64,000 nt of DNA, taken from Chrysomallon squamiferum (lineage: Eukaryota > Animalia > Mollusca). A program made the translations under genes and the position numbers. Within the stretch, counting starts at the first letter, position 1. Every line of letters starts with the position of its first letter. The stretch is from NCBI GenBank assembly GCA_012295275.1, contig CM022675.1, forward strand, positions 6,634,001 through 6,698,000, written 5' to 3'. Positions 1 through 14,237 of the stretch are shown here, one piece after another. The notes beneath the pieces are model-generated. The model had not been told where the DNA came from. It ran no database searches and was given only the letters and a program-made list of their open reading frames with translations.

Positions 1-150
1 CAAACGGAAATGACTTTGGCAACGTTAGAAGTGAATTTAATTTGTAATTAGAGCTTTGGAAATTTCTGTGACAGAGAATCAAAGTATCTATCGAGTCGAG
101 ATGAATTCCTGCTTGTTTTTCATCTCTGTGTCACTTTCATCTTGAACGTG

Positions 151-910
151 TCTCTGTTGTTTTTCGGTTAAAGGTGTCTTCTTTGTTTTTCGTTTAAAGA
201 CATCATCGTTGTTTTTTGTTTAATGATATCTGCGTTGTTTTTCGTTTAAAAGTATCTGCGTTGTTTTTCGTTTAAAGGTATCTGCGTTGTTTTTCGTTTA
301 AAAGTATCTGTGTTGTTTTTCGTTTAAAGGTATCTGCGTTGTTTTTTTCGTTTAAAGGCATCTGTGTTTGCTTTTCGTTTAAAGACATCTGCGTTGTTTT
401 TCGTTTAAAAGTATCTGCGTTGTTTTTCGTTTAAAGGTATTTGCGTTGTTTTTCGTTTAAAGGTATCTGCGTTGTTTTTCGTTTAAAGGAATCTGCGTTG
501 TTTTTCGTTTAAAGGTATCTGCGTTGTTTTTCGTTTAAAGGAATCTGCGTTGTTTTTCGTTTAAAGGTATCTTGCGTTGTTTTTCGTTTAAAGGTATCTG
601 CGTTGTTTTTCGTTTAAAGGAATCTGCGTTGTTTTTCGTTTAAAGGTATCTGCGTTGTTTTTCGTTTAAAGGTATCTGCGTTGTTTTTCGTTTAAAGGTA
701 TCTGCGTTGTTTTTCGTTTAAAGGAATCTGCGTTGTTTTTCGTTTAAAGGTATCTGCGTTGTTTTTCGTTTAAAGGTATCTGCGTTGTTTTTCGTTTAAA
801 GGAATCTGCGTTGTTTTTCGTTTAAAGGTATCTGCGTTGTTTTTCGTTTAAAGGTATCTGCGTGATTTTTTTCATTTAAAGGTATCTGCGTTGTTTTTCA
901 TCTCAAAGGT
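151..910. repeat. 26-bp minisatellite (GCGTTGTTTTTCGTTTAAAGGTATCT)n, about 29 copies
   Basis: CGTTTAAA recurs every 26 bp (e.g. 243, 269); homogeneous core with degenerate edges. Confidence 0.97.
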
Positions 911-2354
911 GTGTGTAATTTTTTCTTTCTATCTTTATTATTAATATTATTGTTGTTGTTTTTGTAGTCAGTCGAACAAAGTCTACGAGCGATTCCCTTT
1001 AAAGTTTATCAATTAAAACAGATTACATACGAGTCCCTTTAACGAGATCGATACAGTTAATTCTGGTGTTCGTTACGTCACAGCTCTGTGTCATGTGCGC
1101 GCTGCTCTGGTTACTAGGATGCTGGATCTCTGGGTCATGACATTTTTCTGCAAAGGTCAAAATCTCTCTTCTACGGAAGGAGAGACGTTACTTGATAACT
1201 GTAGAGATTTTCCAATAATCTTGACAGTCATCGAATCACACGTCCTGAACAAGCCTCGTTCCCAGCATGCAAAGGTTTGTCTGTAACTGTTCGTAAGTAC
1301 CTACGCACACATACATACGCGCGCATACACACAAAATACACAGGTACACACACACACACACATACACAGTTACCCAATGAAAAAATAAATTATTTTTTCC
1401 GGCTAAAGAAGAATGGGGTTAGTCATCATGACAAGCATGGCCCGGACCTGATGCGTTTTCGTTTGATATCTGACGTATGATTTTGAAAATAAAACACAGA
1501 TGCACAGATAAAAAAAAAAAAAATTGATGAGTCAACAGTTGCCACCTTAACTCTGACGAATGAGTTTAGTAAAAACTGAGTTTTGCGATAAAATATCGTT
1601 ATGTCGCTAGAAAAAAAGAAAGAAAGAAAGGAGAGCAAGAAAGAAAGAAAGAAAGAAAAATGGAAAAATAAATTAAAAACAAAGGAAAGAGCTCAATCTG
1701 AACCGATCTCAGAATTGCAAACAGGATTGTAACAGAAGTAAAGAGCTTTTTCAGAAATCCGCTTGTTATTTGATCGGAAATTGAAGACGAAACAGCGAAA
1801 CTGGTCTCTTTCCATTGCATTGCGAAGAATCACATTACTTTTGTGACAGAACAGCTCCACTGTTATTTAGCGTAGCCGGATTTCCACTGTGAGACAACCA
1901 GCATTACGAAGACGACTATCTGGACAAAATGAATGCGAAGATATTTTTGTATCTTAACTCGCAGACGAAAGTAATTCGAAATAAAGCCAGTTCAGTTAAT
2001 TTTAACTCTCGACCGGCCGCCCAGGTTCCTTTGATAGAAACGATAAAAACGCTTCATTTTGTCATCAAAAATCCGTCCACGGAAAACACACAGGGCAAAA
2101 TCATTGAAATGTGTTTTATTTAACTAACAAGGCGACTCATTTCTAATCTACGATATTCCTGTGGCTTCATTTATGGCGGCGGTGACAGAAGAAATTCGAT
2201 GTCTGCACAAGAACTGTTACTCTTTTTTATTATTATTATTATTAGCAACAAGATGTGCTGTAAGTCTACCCTCCCATAGGCGACAAAATACACACAACAA
2301 TCTTTGATAAACCTGACGTCTACATTCCTGCATATTGTTTGCATATACGTTTTT

Positions 2355-2990
2355 ATAGATGATATGGTATGGTATGGTAGGATATGTTACAATTTAGGAT
2401 ACAATGTGGTATAGTAAAATACGATATGAGATATATACTATAGAATACGATACGATACGATTCGATACAATACGATACGATACGATTCGATACAATACGA
2501 TACGATACAATTCGACACGACACGACACGATACGATACGATACGATACGATACAATTCGACACGATACGGTGCGATACGATTCGACACGATACGATACGA
2601 TACGAATCGATTCGACGCGATACGATACGACACGACACGATACGACATCATTCGATACGATACTATACGAAACGACACGACACGAAACGATACGACACGA
2701 TACGATACGATACAATGCGATACGATTCGACACGACACGACACTATACGATACGAAACGATAGCATATATGATATGAAGTGATGTAATATGGTATAGTAC
2801 GGCATGGCATTGTATGGTATGGTATGGTATGGCAAGGTATGCTGTGCTATTGCATGGCGTTATATGATATGATGTGCTGTGGTACGGTATCGTATGATGT
2901 ATGACATGATATACAATAATGATAATGATAATGATATCATATGATATGAAAGTGAAAACGCCAGAGCACATATCACATATCACATATCAT
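2355..2990. repeat. Compound pentanucleotide array: (TACGA)n core at ~2420-2760 with (TATGG/TATGA)n flanks
   Basis: 5-bp periodicity read directly; explains the YRIVS/DTIRY pseudo-ORFs. Confidence 0.95.
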
Positions 2991-3599
2991 CTCGGCAGGG
3001 AATACTGTTATGAAGATTCACGAGCCGAAATGCAGAGGCCTTCTTCGCCTTTCATAAACTAACTCTTGAACACTGGCTAGAACGGGATATAATTATTTCT
3101 CTTAGTTAAAACTCAGCCAAAATCGTGTTATGTAAGAGTTTTAAACTTTCTGAGAAAAAAAAAAAAAAAAAAAGGAGGAATAAAAAAAAAGAAACCAGAC
3201 GAAATTAATTTTTCACAAAATTAGAAGATTTTTTTTAAAATTATTTTTTTGATTTTTTTTTTTTTTTTGCCGGCCAGACTGATAAATCAATTACATTTTT
3301 GAAGGCTGTCATTCAGATATAAAAATTCCGACGTGGCGCTGTTCAAACAAACCACGACGTTGTTTAACGAGTTGCTGAGAGGTTGCGGCGGCTGGCAAGT
3401 TCTGTCTATTACCAGTGAAATGAGAAGATGAGGGACTTGCTTTCACTGCCTCCACTAATTGATGGGACTGACACTAATGAGCAGGTTAAAACAAAAATTG
3501 CACCAGTTTTTTTTCACGAAGAAAATTATTTTCGGAAAATTAAAACTAATTTTTTTTTCTTTCGTTTTTCCATTGCTTGCTAACTTTTTTTTTTTAAAG

Positions 3600-3624
3600 T
3601 CATTTTTGTTTCTTTGTTCGTTTT

Positions 3625-3655
<31 letters not shown>

Positions 3656-4120
3656 TTATTATTATTATTATTATTGTTGTTGTTATTATTATTATTTGGT
3701 TCGTTTAATTCATTTTTGCCTTCTTTCATTCATTCGTCATTTCATTTTTTTTCACATTTATTCATTGTTTCATTCTTTCTTTGCTTCTGTCGTAGAATAA
3801 ATTCTTTCACAGATTTTTTCTTTCTTTCATTTGTTTCTTTCTTCTTTGTTTCATTCATTCATTCTTTGATTTTCTCATTTGTTCTTCCTTTCATTTCACG
3901 TCTTTTCATTCTATTTTACTCTATCTCTTTCTTTCGTTCTTTCTCTCATTCAGTCGTGTTATCGTTCATTATTTTTTCTTTCTTTCTCACTTAGCTGTTC
4001 AGTTATTCATTCATTTAGTCTTTCATTTATTCCTTTAGTCTTTCCTTTATTCCTTTAGTCTTTCCTTTATTCCTTTATTCATTTAATCTTTCATTTATTC
4101 ATTCAGTCATTCATTGAACT
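3600..4120. repeat. Pyrimidine-rich low-complexity tract: (TTC)n(TTA)n, (TTCA)-like repeats and a 20-bp tandem repeat at ~4015-4095
   Basis: TTTCCTTTATTCCTTTAGTC is repeated about 3-4 times. Confidence 0.85.
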
Positions 4121-4705
4121 CGTCATAGCTCTAGTTAAAGTTCAACACTGGCCAGTGTTGGTATGTTAGAAGATTAACTTGAAACAAACAAAAAAACACA
4201 CAAAAAAACCCACAAGGTTCAACCATGACCAAGATGCGATCTCGGAAGCTTTCGTTTAATAGAGAGAGGGATTACACCTGTAGAAAGGGCAAAACCACAA
4301 AGATGCACATAATTCCCATAGCGAATCTATTTTATACCAAAAGTTCGAGACGGACTGCTATTTTCACCAAAAATACGTTTTTCTACAAATAGCCAGTTAC
4401 GTATTTTGGACCCAGTAAAATAGTTCCGTTTCTGGAATTCGATGTAGCGGTTTTATGAGTTAATCTCGGAATATTTTAGCATAAATCCAAAGGCATTGCT
4501 AGTATGTCTTTCACTCTTGTTGTTAATCTAACACAGAAATCTGTGTCAGTTTTTAAAATATTCCCAGCACAGCAAAATCGTCAGTTATAGGTCCGGATTT
4601 AGGCTTAGTTAGACGTTAACTACATTGAAGTTAGTGAGATCTTAAATTGTAGTTTGTAAAATTCTTGTCAAAATCCGATTTAATAAAATACAATTACATC
4701 TGCAT

Positions 4706-4752
4706 TGTAATAATAATAATAATAATAATTGTTATTGTTATTGTGGTTGTTG

Positions 4753-4822
<70 letters not shown>

Positions 4823-4883
4823 AATAACCATAATCATTATAATTAGTATTATTATTGTTAGTATTGTTATTATTATTATTATT

Positions 4884-4916
<33 letters not shown>

Positions 4917-4960
4917 ATCATCATCATTATCATTCATTCATTCACTTTTTGTCTAATGTT

Positions 4961-4995
<35 letters not shown>

Positions 4996-4996
4996 T
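4706..4996. repeat. Compound (TAA/TTA/TTG)n and (TTTA)n microsatellite
   Basis: Direct reading. Confidence 0.95.
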
Positions 4997-5476
4997 TACG
5001 TTTATAATTAAAGAAAGCAAGAAACGCCCTGAAGCGAATTTCGTCACACAAAAAAAGGACAGTCTGTTATTGATTTTTCGCTACATCAAACATATTTGCC
5101 GGAATTTTGAAAATTGTGACAACAAAGAACCGATTTAAGAAAGAACACTGATTTGGTATTTACAGAATCGATTACGTGTCTTACCACTTTCCTTTCTCTT
5201 CCGTCCTTATCTTCTTTGATTTTCTTTTCTTTCTTCTTCTAATGTCTCGTTTGTTTTCATCTCAGAGAACAAACGAGGCAAAGCCATTACTTTCTCCAGC
5301 TGGACGTACATAATAATGTATTAGGATTGAAAAGACGATGTCGAATGGTTTTTATTTTGCTTCAACGTGTTGTTGTTGTTGTGGCTGTTGTTGTTGTTGT
5401 TGCTGTTGTTGTTTGTTGTTGGTGGTGGTTGTTTTGAGGGTTTTTTATGTAATGTAGTTAAAGAATTAATATGACT

Positions 5477-5496
5477 GAGAGGGAGGGAGGGAGGGA

Positions 5497-5568
<72 letters not shown>

Positions 5569-5617
5569 AATAGTCACAAAGAGTACAAGGAATAAAGAAA
5601 GAAAATAGAAGCTGTAA

Positions 5618-5656
<39 letters not shown>

Positions 5657-5840
5657 AAGTAGTAATCGTAGTTGTAATCGAAGTAGAAGTGGCAGAAGGA
5701 ATATAAACAGTAATAGTAGCTATAACAGAGGTAGTAGTAATTGTAGTCATAGAGGTGGTAGTGGCAGTAGTAAATGCAACAGTGATGACAACAGTAGTAG
5801 CAGTGGTAGTAGTGGTAGCAGCAGTAGTTATAGTACTATA
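5477..5840. repeat. (GGGA)n(GA)n at 5477-5567 followed by degenerate (TAG)n
   Basis: Direct reading. Confidence 0.9.
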
Positions 5841-6035
5841 GAAATAATCATAATATAGTATAAGTCTATTCTTAGTTAAATATTTATAATTTCATATTAT
5901 AAAGTCATGGTTATAAACTTCTGTGTCTTAGACAAAATAGAATATCAATTTCCAAACGTATCGTCTAATACTTCACATCTATGATTTCATTTTAATTAAA
6001 TTAATAAACCGCATTTGGTAGGACTATCTTTAAAG

Positions 6036-6066
<31 letters not shown>

Positions 6067-6717
6067 ATAAAAAAATAAACCTTATCTTCCTCAGTTTGAA
6101 TCATTCTTCAAAGTGTCCTGACTTTCGGAATTAAGACTTCTTCGGGACACGGTGACTGATCAAAGCAAGCTGACTGGTACTCGATTTGTCACGGTGAATG
6201 AAAGCCGCGGTAAGAAGGAGCAGCGTGGAAAATCCAGTCGTGAAAAGTGGGCAGTAAATCAAACTTGGTTCTGAGTTAACCTCGCTGCAGAGCTGACTAA
6301 AGTCAATTTACTTCCCGTCCTCCGATAATCATTTGTGTCGGAATGTTTATAATAGTCATCAATAGTCATCAATATTTAAACAGTTTCTCGTAGTAATGAA
6401 CCACTACCACCACCGCCACTACAGGAGCAAAAGAGGCGGCAGCAGCAACAGCAACGACAACAACTACTACCACTACTTCTAGTTGTATCACCGTCACAAC
6501 TCCTGTTACTATGCCCCTAACCACTGTCATCATCAACATCATCACCATCATCATCATCACAGAAGCTGTTATTCCTACAGCTGTTACTTCAGTTACAACA
6601 CCACCACAACATTAACTGTTACTACTTCTACTGCAGTTACCCTTATCTGATGCAGCTGCTGCTGCTACTACTGCTATTACAGTTTTATTTATGTAACTAC
6701 ATGTTTATCTGCTTTCT

Positions 6718-6829
<112 letters not shown>

Positions 6830-7277
6830 CTGCCAACACAAAATTCATTCTACGTAAACCACACATTTTCGTAGTACAGCGTTCTTATAGAAGCTTAATG
6901 ACAGAGTTTTTACATTGATTGCAATCAATGATTTCTCTGCGTATATTTTATGCATCAGACAGACTGCAGTTCGAAGTCGATGTAATCTGTTTGTGCTTCA
7001 GGGGACATTTTCTTTTCAGCAAAACACCGCTATTGTTTGCTTATATATATATTTCAGAAGCCATTTTTGTTTTTGTTTTTGTTTTCTCTTATTTCGTGGG
7101 TTTTTTTGACAAGCATCACGGTTGCTGTCAATTAGAAATGAATATGGTTTATGAAACACGTAATATTAACGCTTCCTTTATTAACTTGTCAGTTAGTTGA
7201 CTACTTTGAATGTCTTGTATTTCATTTCATCCGGGATTTCCTAATAGCTGTACGATTCCGTTACACGGTATTCTGTG

Positions 7278-7700
<423 letters not shown>

Positions 7701-8210
7701 GAAAAAAAAAACCACTGGTATATATGTTTCAGATTTGTAAACACTTTAAACTCAAGAATTAGCTACTTTAATGATATCTTTTTGTCCGTGAAATTTCAGT
7801 TCGTTTTCTTTGATGTGTAAATGATGTGAATTGTGTTTGCGTATTTTCTGCTTTGCGTTTATCACAAGTCAACATCATCGATACGTTAATAGCATGACTG
7901 GCAAAGGAAATGAACCCAGGAACACTGATAATGAAACCCAGCACATACATCAGCCATATAATAGCAACCGTCGAGCCGAAACTGAAATATTTCCAGTACA
8001 AATAACATATTAGTGTCACGAGTCATTAGACTTGTTAAGGAAAACTTTTACGCTTTTATATGACTTAATAAATGTGAACGCCGTCGTTAGAACCATAAAT
8101 ATATAATTTATTTTTGCTAAACTTTATATGCATGATATCGCAAAAAAATATTATCTGCATGCATGATCCAGTAATGACAAAAACCTTTATTGATATCTAT
8201 ATACACGCTT

Positions 8211-8431
<221 letters not shown>

Positions 8432-8820
8432 TCATAAAAGAAGCAAACTTCATTTATTCTTTTATTTAAGAATCATCAAACACTAAATCGTTCTCTCACT
8501 AAAACTTGGTCTATATAACCAGCAGGGGGCGCGTTTGGCTTACGTCCCTCTTATCTAATGAAGACTGTCTTTATTTGATTTTTTCGTTTGGTAATCGAAA
8601 CGTTTTCGTCTTGAACGTAATATTTGTTTGAATAAAGTTTCCTGCCACGCCGAGCATAGTTTGATATTCTGGATGGACTCCTGAGAATATAAAAATAAAT
8701 GTAAAATCCGAGTTCTTAACTCTGTGATGTGTTTTTTCGGGGGGGGGAGGAAAAAAAAAATCAGAAACATCCTGGTAACACATCTGTAAGATAGATACAA
8801 CTTCAGACGTATCAGAGAAT

Positions 8821-8910
8821 TTTCGTCCATCTTCGTTCAACTTCGTGACTTTTCGTTCATCTTCGTTAAATTTCGTGACTTTTCGTTCATCTTCGTTAAA
8901 CTTCGTTTAA
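8821..8910. repeat. 10-bp periodic repeat (YTTCGTNNNN)9 with a 30-bp higher-order unit
   Basis: TTCGT recurs every 10 bp; TTTCGTTCAT-CTTCGTTAAA-YTTCGTGACT occurs about 3 times. Confidence 0.85.
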
Positions 8911-8929
8911 TAAAAAAATGTTCTCCGAT

Positions 8930-8970
<41 letters not shown>

Positions 8971-8971
8971 G

Positions 8972-9170
8972 AAAATGAGCTTGGAATCTTTCGATAACTG
9001 AATAATAGACGGTGTTTTCGCACGGATGAACAATCTTTCAACCATGCATTACTTCGTACAACAGCTCTGAATGTTTGTTTCAATTCTTGGCGACGTTGTT
9101 GACCGTTTTTCTGTATCAGTGACGTTTATAACCAGCCAGATTCAAACATCAAAAGAGTAAATTCATTTTA
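8972..9170 (+). repeat. Dispersed repeat family A, copy 1 (~200 bp, unclassified)
   Basis: Collinear with 24159-24361; shared blocks include AACAATCTTTCAACCAT, CTCTGAATGT, TCTGTATCAGTGA and GTTTATAACCAGCCAGATT. Confidence 0.88.
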
Positions 9171-9459
9171 CATGCATGGATTAATAATGATGATGATGAT
9201 GATGATGATGGCATGCATGGGTTAATAATGATGATTAATAATGTAAAATAATGAAAAATGAAATAATATTTAAAGTTAAATAGTTAATAGTTATAACAGT
9301 ACTAGTAGTAGTAGTAGTAGTAGTAGTAGCAGTAGTAGCAGTAGTAGTAGCAGTAGGAGGAGGAGTAGTAGTGGTAATGGTGTGGTGGCGGTTGTAGTGG
9401 TAATAAAAGTAAAATAATGCCAAGGTATTTAGGGTAAAGACATGTTACACACGAAGAGG

Positions 9460-9777
<318 letters not shown>

Positions 9778-10576
9778 ACAAACACGGTCTGTGAAGCTAG
9801 TTTAATTTACATATACAAACAGCTAGCAGACGACATGATACGTTACAGAAATGACTCTATCTGCCTTCAACGTCTTCCTCCGACCAACTCCAGTCAAATG
9901 CGCCTTGATAGACATAATTACTGCTTCGTGTTGAAAGATTGGATCACCGTGGAGCAAACTAGAACCACTTGTGTCATCTGAATCCTTCGGTCATCGCTTT
10001 TTCCTTGCTCTGAATTTGTAAAAACGCGTACGTCTGTTGACTGGTGCTGCTAAATCAAAGAGTTAAAATAGGTCACTAACGAACGAAACATAATTCTGCT
10101 GGTGCGAAGGGAGGGATTTACCACATTAACTAATGGCCGATCCGAAAGATGAAGCGTAAAGATATTAACTTTTTTTTTTTTTTTTTTTTTTTTTTTGTAT
10201 TATTTTGTTTTTTTTTTTTTTTTTGCTGACATTCTGTCCTATTACGTTTGATTTTGGCCCAAACGTCTGAAATTTGACGTCACTTTTAGCTCTAATGCAA
10301 TCGGCTGCGCGTATCTAATGATAAGCAGTCATGAATATAAATGTAAAAATGCGACAGCGAAATTTGACACTGGTGATGGAATTTCAAGTAACATTTGACG
10401 CTGAACAAGTCCTGTCATTATCGTAACGAATTTAAAAAAAAAAAATAAAAATAAAAAAATAAAAAATGTTTACGCGTTGGTTCTTGTACTCTCCTGTGTC
10501 GGGCTATATGAAGCAAGACCAATCTATTTTTAGCACTTAAGACCGTCTGGCTCTAACCCCACGATATATGTATGTA

Positions 10577-10792
10577 CAGGGTGTCCCAGAAGTCACGCAC
10601 CATGAAGATTTTTATTTAGATACATATGAATAAAAATTTTATTAATAATAATCATAACAAATGCTCAAATTGCTTGCCCTCTGCATTGATACATACTTCA
10701 ATTCTCTTTATAAAACTGTTTTTTACTCTGTAATATAAAACAAATAAAATATTATATACATGTATATGGTGCGCGACTTCTGGGAGACTCTG
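10577..10792 (-). mobile_element. Tc1/mariner-superfamily non-autonomous element (MITE or internal-deletion derivative), 216 bp
   Basis: 27-bp TIRs: CAGGGTGTCCCAGAAGTCACGCACCAT (10577-10603) versus 10766-10792, 3 mismatches. TA on both sides (10575-76 and 10793-94). Carries a transposase-like C-terminus. Confidence 0.93.
10652..10729 (-). pseudogene. C-terminal remnant of a Tc1/mariner transposase (RVKNSFIKRIEVCINAEGKQFEHLL*)
   Basis: Matches the RxxxCIxAxGxxFEHLL-stop ending typical of mariner-like DDxD transposases and lies inside the TIRs. Confidence 0.8.
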
Positions 10793-11619
10793 TATATATA
10801 TATATATATTTGTGTGTGTGTGTATATGTATATATATATATTTGTGTATGTGTATATATGTACATGTGTATACATATATATACATATATTCACACACACA
10901 TATATAAATACACATTTATAAATATCTGTGTATGTGTATGTGTGGGTGTATGGGTGTGTGTGTGTGTATATAAGCAAATTTGCATCTGAGTAGAGCAAAC
11001 CAGCAATACACACACAAACAGTTTCTGTTTTAAAAGTACAATACTAGTTAAATATTCTACGTATTTTATAATGATGTAACCCAGTAACAACGATTATGGA
11101 TTAAACAAGTATAGTAAAGTTGAGACAAGTCAATAAATCAATAAATAAACGAATAAATAAACGAACAAACAAACAAACAAACAAATAAATAAATAAACAA
11201 ACAAATAAAGGAACAAACAAACACAGACAAATAAATAGTGAGATGATGGTGGTAATTAAATAGTAGTAGTAGTAGTAGCAGCAGCAGTGGAAAAAAGAAC
11301 AAGTAAAGTAAAATAATAAAAAATAGGTTTTCTGCGACTATTTTTTTTCTCTGTATTTAAGTATGTTGTGTTTAATTTGCGACTTTACCGTGACAACATC
11401 AATAACGCACTGGTCTTGTGTAATAATTGGATATAATTATAATGTTAATAATAATAATAATAGTAATAATAATCTTCACCAGTAGTGTTGCTCTGAATTG
11501 TATGCTTCTCTTTATTGAAGATCTTTAACTTAAGATTTTGTACAAGAAGAAATAAAAGTCATTTTGACATAACTAAGTAAAACAAAATAATAACAATAAA
11601 ATTTTTAAATATTTAAGAA

Positions 11620-11655
11620 GTAATAGTAATAATAATAATAGTAATAGTAGTAGTA

Positions 11656-11695
<40 letters not shown>

Positions 11696-11962
11696 TGATG
11701 ATGACTATGAAGATGATTTTCTTGTTGTAGCAATAATAGTTGTAGTCGTGGTGGTTGTAGTAGTAATAGTAGTGGTACTGGTAGTAGTAGTAATAGTAGT
11801 AGTAGTAGTAGCAGTAGCAGTAGTAATAGTAGTAGTAACAGTAGTAGTAGCAGTAGTAGTAACAGTAGTAGTAGCAGTAGTAGTAGTAGCAGCAGTAGTA
11901 GTAGTATCAGCAGTAGTAGTAGTAGTAGTAGTAATAATAGTAGTAGTAGTAGTAGTAGTAGC
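11620..11962. repeat. (TAA)n/(TAG)n compound microsatellite
   Basis: Direct reading; source of the poly-Val ORF. Confidence 0.93.
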
Positions 11963-13632
11963 AGAGCAGAACGGTTATAGCTCAGTAGTTTCGTTCAGAT
12001 TGGAAGATGCTTCGCTTGTCAGATTAAATCTGATCACGGGATATGTTTTTTCTTCCAAGATCGTTGGCCCTTGTTTCAGTTACCGGTTTGATTTATCGTT
12101 TGGCAAATCAGTCTGGATCATACAGAATCATTTCAGACAGCTGACTTTGTGAACCGAAAATACATTCTGGCTAGCCATGAATTAAAATGGCGATTAAGTC
12201 TTTTACTGAAAATAGTAAATTATTGTTTGAGACACGAATCCTGTAAATTATTAGATTTTCGAAGAATTATATAAATTTTTGTTTTTATAATATTTTATGT
12301 AGTTTTTGTAGTTTTTGTAGTTTTCAGAACACATTTTGAAATGTATTTAGTGGCCGCAAAAAATAAATGGTTTAATGCTTCCCAATTATTATGAAATTTT
12401 TATTTGATGCGATTTCCGTTTGCGCGTGGCAAAGTTTATCAGTAAAAAAATACTTTTACAAATCATTAGAACGCACTTTAACACCTCACTACAACCATGA
12501 CGTCATAGTGCATGTTTTTTTGTTTAAAAATGGCCGCCTCTAAATATTTTTAACTATTCTTTTTTGTTGTTATACTTCGTTGTTAATTAAAAATAAAATA
12601 AAATAAAAGTAATAAAATATAAATAAATAAAAAAATTAAAAAGAAAAATGAAACGAAACGTGAAATAAAAAAAGGCAATTATAACAATAACCAATTAGCA
12701 GAATATATTTAAACTATTTCTTCGCACCTGAAGTAAAATTTTGAAATATCACGAACTGACAATATTCTTTTGTCTCCTAATAAACTTTTTCCTAACTAAA
12801 TCGTCATCTCTCTTTGCTTAATTTTAATTTTAATTTTGTATTTTGTATTTATATTTTATTTTACTATTATTTTTATTTTTTATTTTTTATTTTTTATTAA
12901 TGTTAACCCTGCAACACTACCAACGCTCTGTTTCTGCCAAAACTCTTAAAAAACAACAACAAAAAAACACATTCTAGACTAAAAATTACATAACGTTCAG
13001 TTGTCAGTTGGCTCTGAAACGCTGACTCATCATTTTAGAACTAAATAAGCTGTAATATGTTTACGAGTTTGACTAGAAATGTGTATTTGTTAGGACCTTG
13101 GTCGCATTAACAATTACGTCTAATTTTTCGTCTAGACTTAACAGGACGTTATTTCTGACGCGCTGTTTCTATGAAATGTGCCAGAAATGCTTCGGTCGTA
13201 GTCTAAAGTTACATCGCTTTATTAAAGAAGAAGAAGAAAAAAAAAAAATCAGAAAAATATTTCATGTTTCCCTTGTCAAGTTTTTCTCTTTCATTAACCC
13301 CGGCAGTGTAAGAGATTAAAGTTTTCGAAGATTAATCACTTAGCTAGCAAACGACTTGAATTTTTTTTTTTTTTTTAAATCATGACTGTCATCCAAGATG
13401 CCATTGTGTCGAGGCGTAGACGCTTCATTGCACTGCTGCTGTTGTGTACGTCGTCACAAACGTCTCTGCAGTGGAAAGACAAGCGCCGTTGCCATATTGC
13501 TACGTCTGGTTTAGGGAATGATGTCGCCATTTTCCTAAATGTGAGAATATGGTGATGAAAGCGAACAGCAATAAAATAGTGCAGAACTTTCTTGATGTGT
13601 TCCATTCTGTCCTCAAATGTCAGATAAATTCG

Positions 13633-13648
13633 ATATACATACATATAA

Positions 13649-13681
<33 letters not shown>

Positions 13682-14237
13682 CATACATATATACATACAT
13701 ACATACATACATACATACAAACATATATACATACATATATACATACATACATACACACACATACATACATATACATACATACATACATACATACACACAC
13801 ACAAACATACATACATACACACACACATACATACATATACATACAGACATACATACATAAAAACACAAACATACATACATACATACACACACATACATAC
13901 ATATACATACATACACACACATACATACATACATGCATACATACATACATATATATATATACATACACATACACACATACATACATACAAACATACATAC
14001 ATACATATATACATACATACATACACACACACATACATACATATACATACACACATACATACATACACACACACACATACATACATACACACACACATAC
14101 ATACATATACATACACACATACATACCTACACACACAAACATACATACATATATACATACACACAGATACTTACATACATACATACTTACAAACAAACGT
14201 ACAAACATACATACATACATACATACACATATATATA
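13633..14237. repeat. Degenerate (ATAC)n/(AC)n array
   Basis: Direct reading; source of the MYVC/HTYI ORFs. Confidence 0.96.

Noticed and set aside
151-910. CRISPR-like appearance of the 26-bp repeat (and the 41-bp repeat at 40250)
   Set aside because: The units are head-to-tail with no unique spacers, there are no cas genes, and the context is eukaryotic
13382-13555. 57-aa ATG ORF (MTVIQDAIVSRRRRFIALLLLC...) in a GC-richer island
   Set aside because: Short, with no recognisable homology or supporting splice or promoter signals
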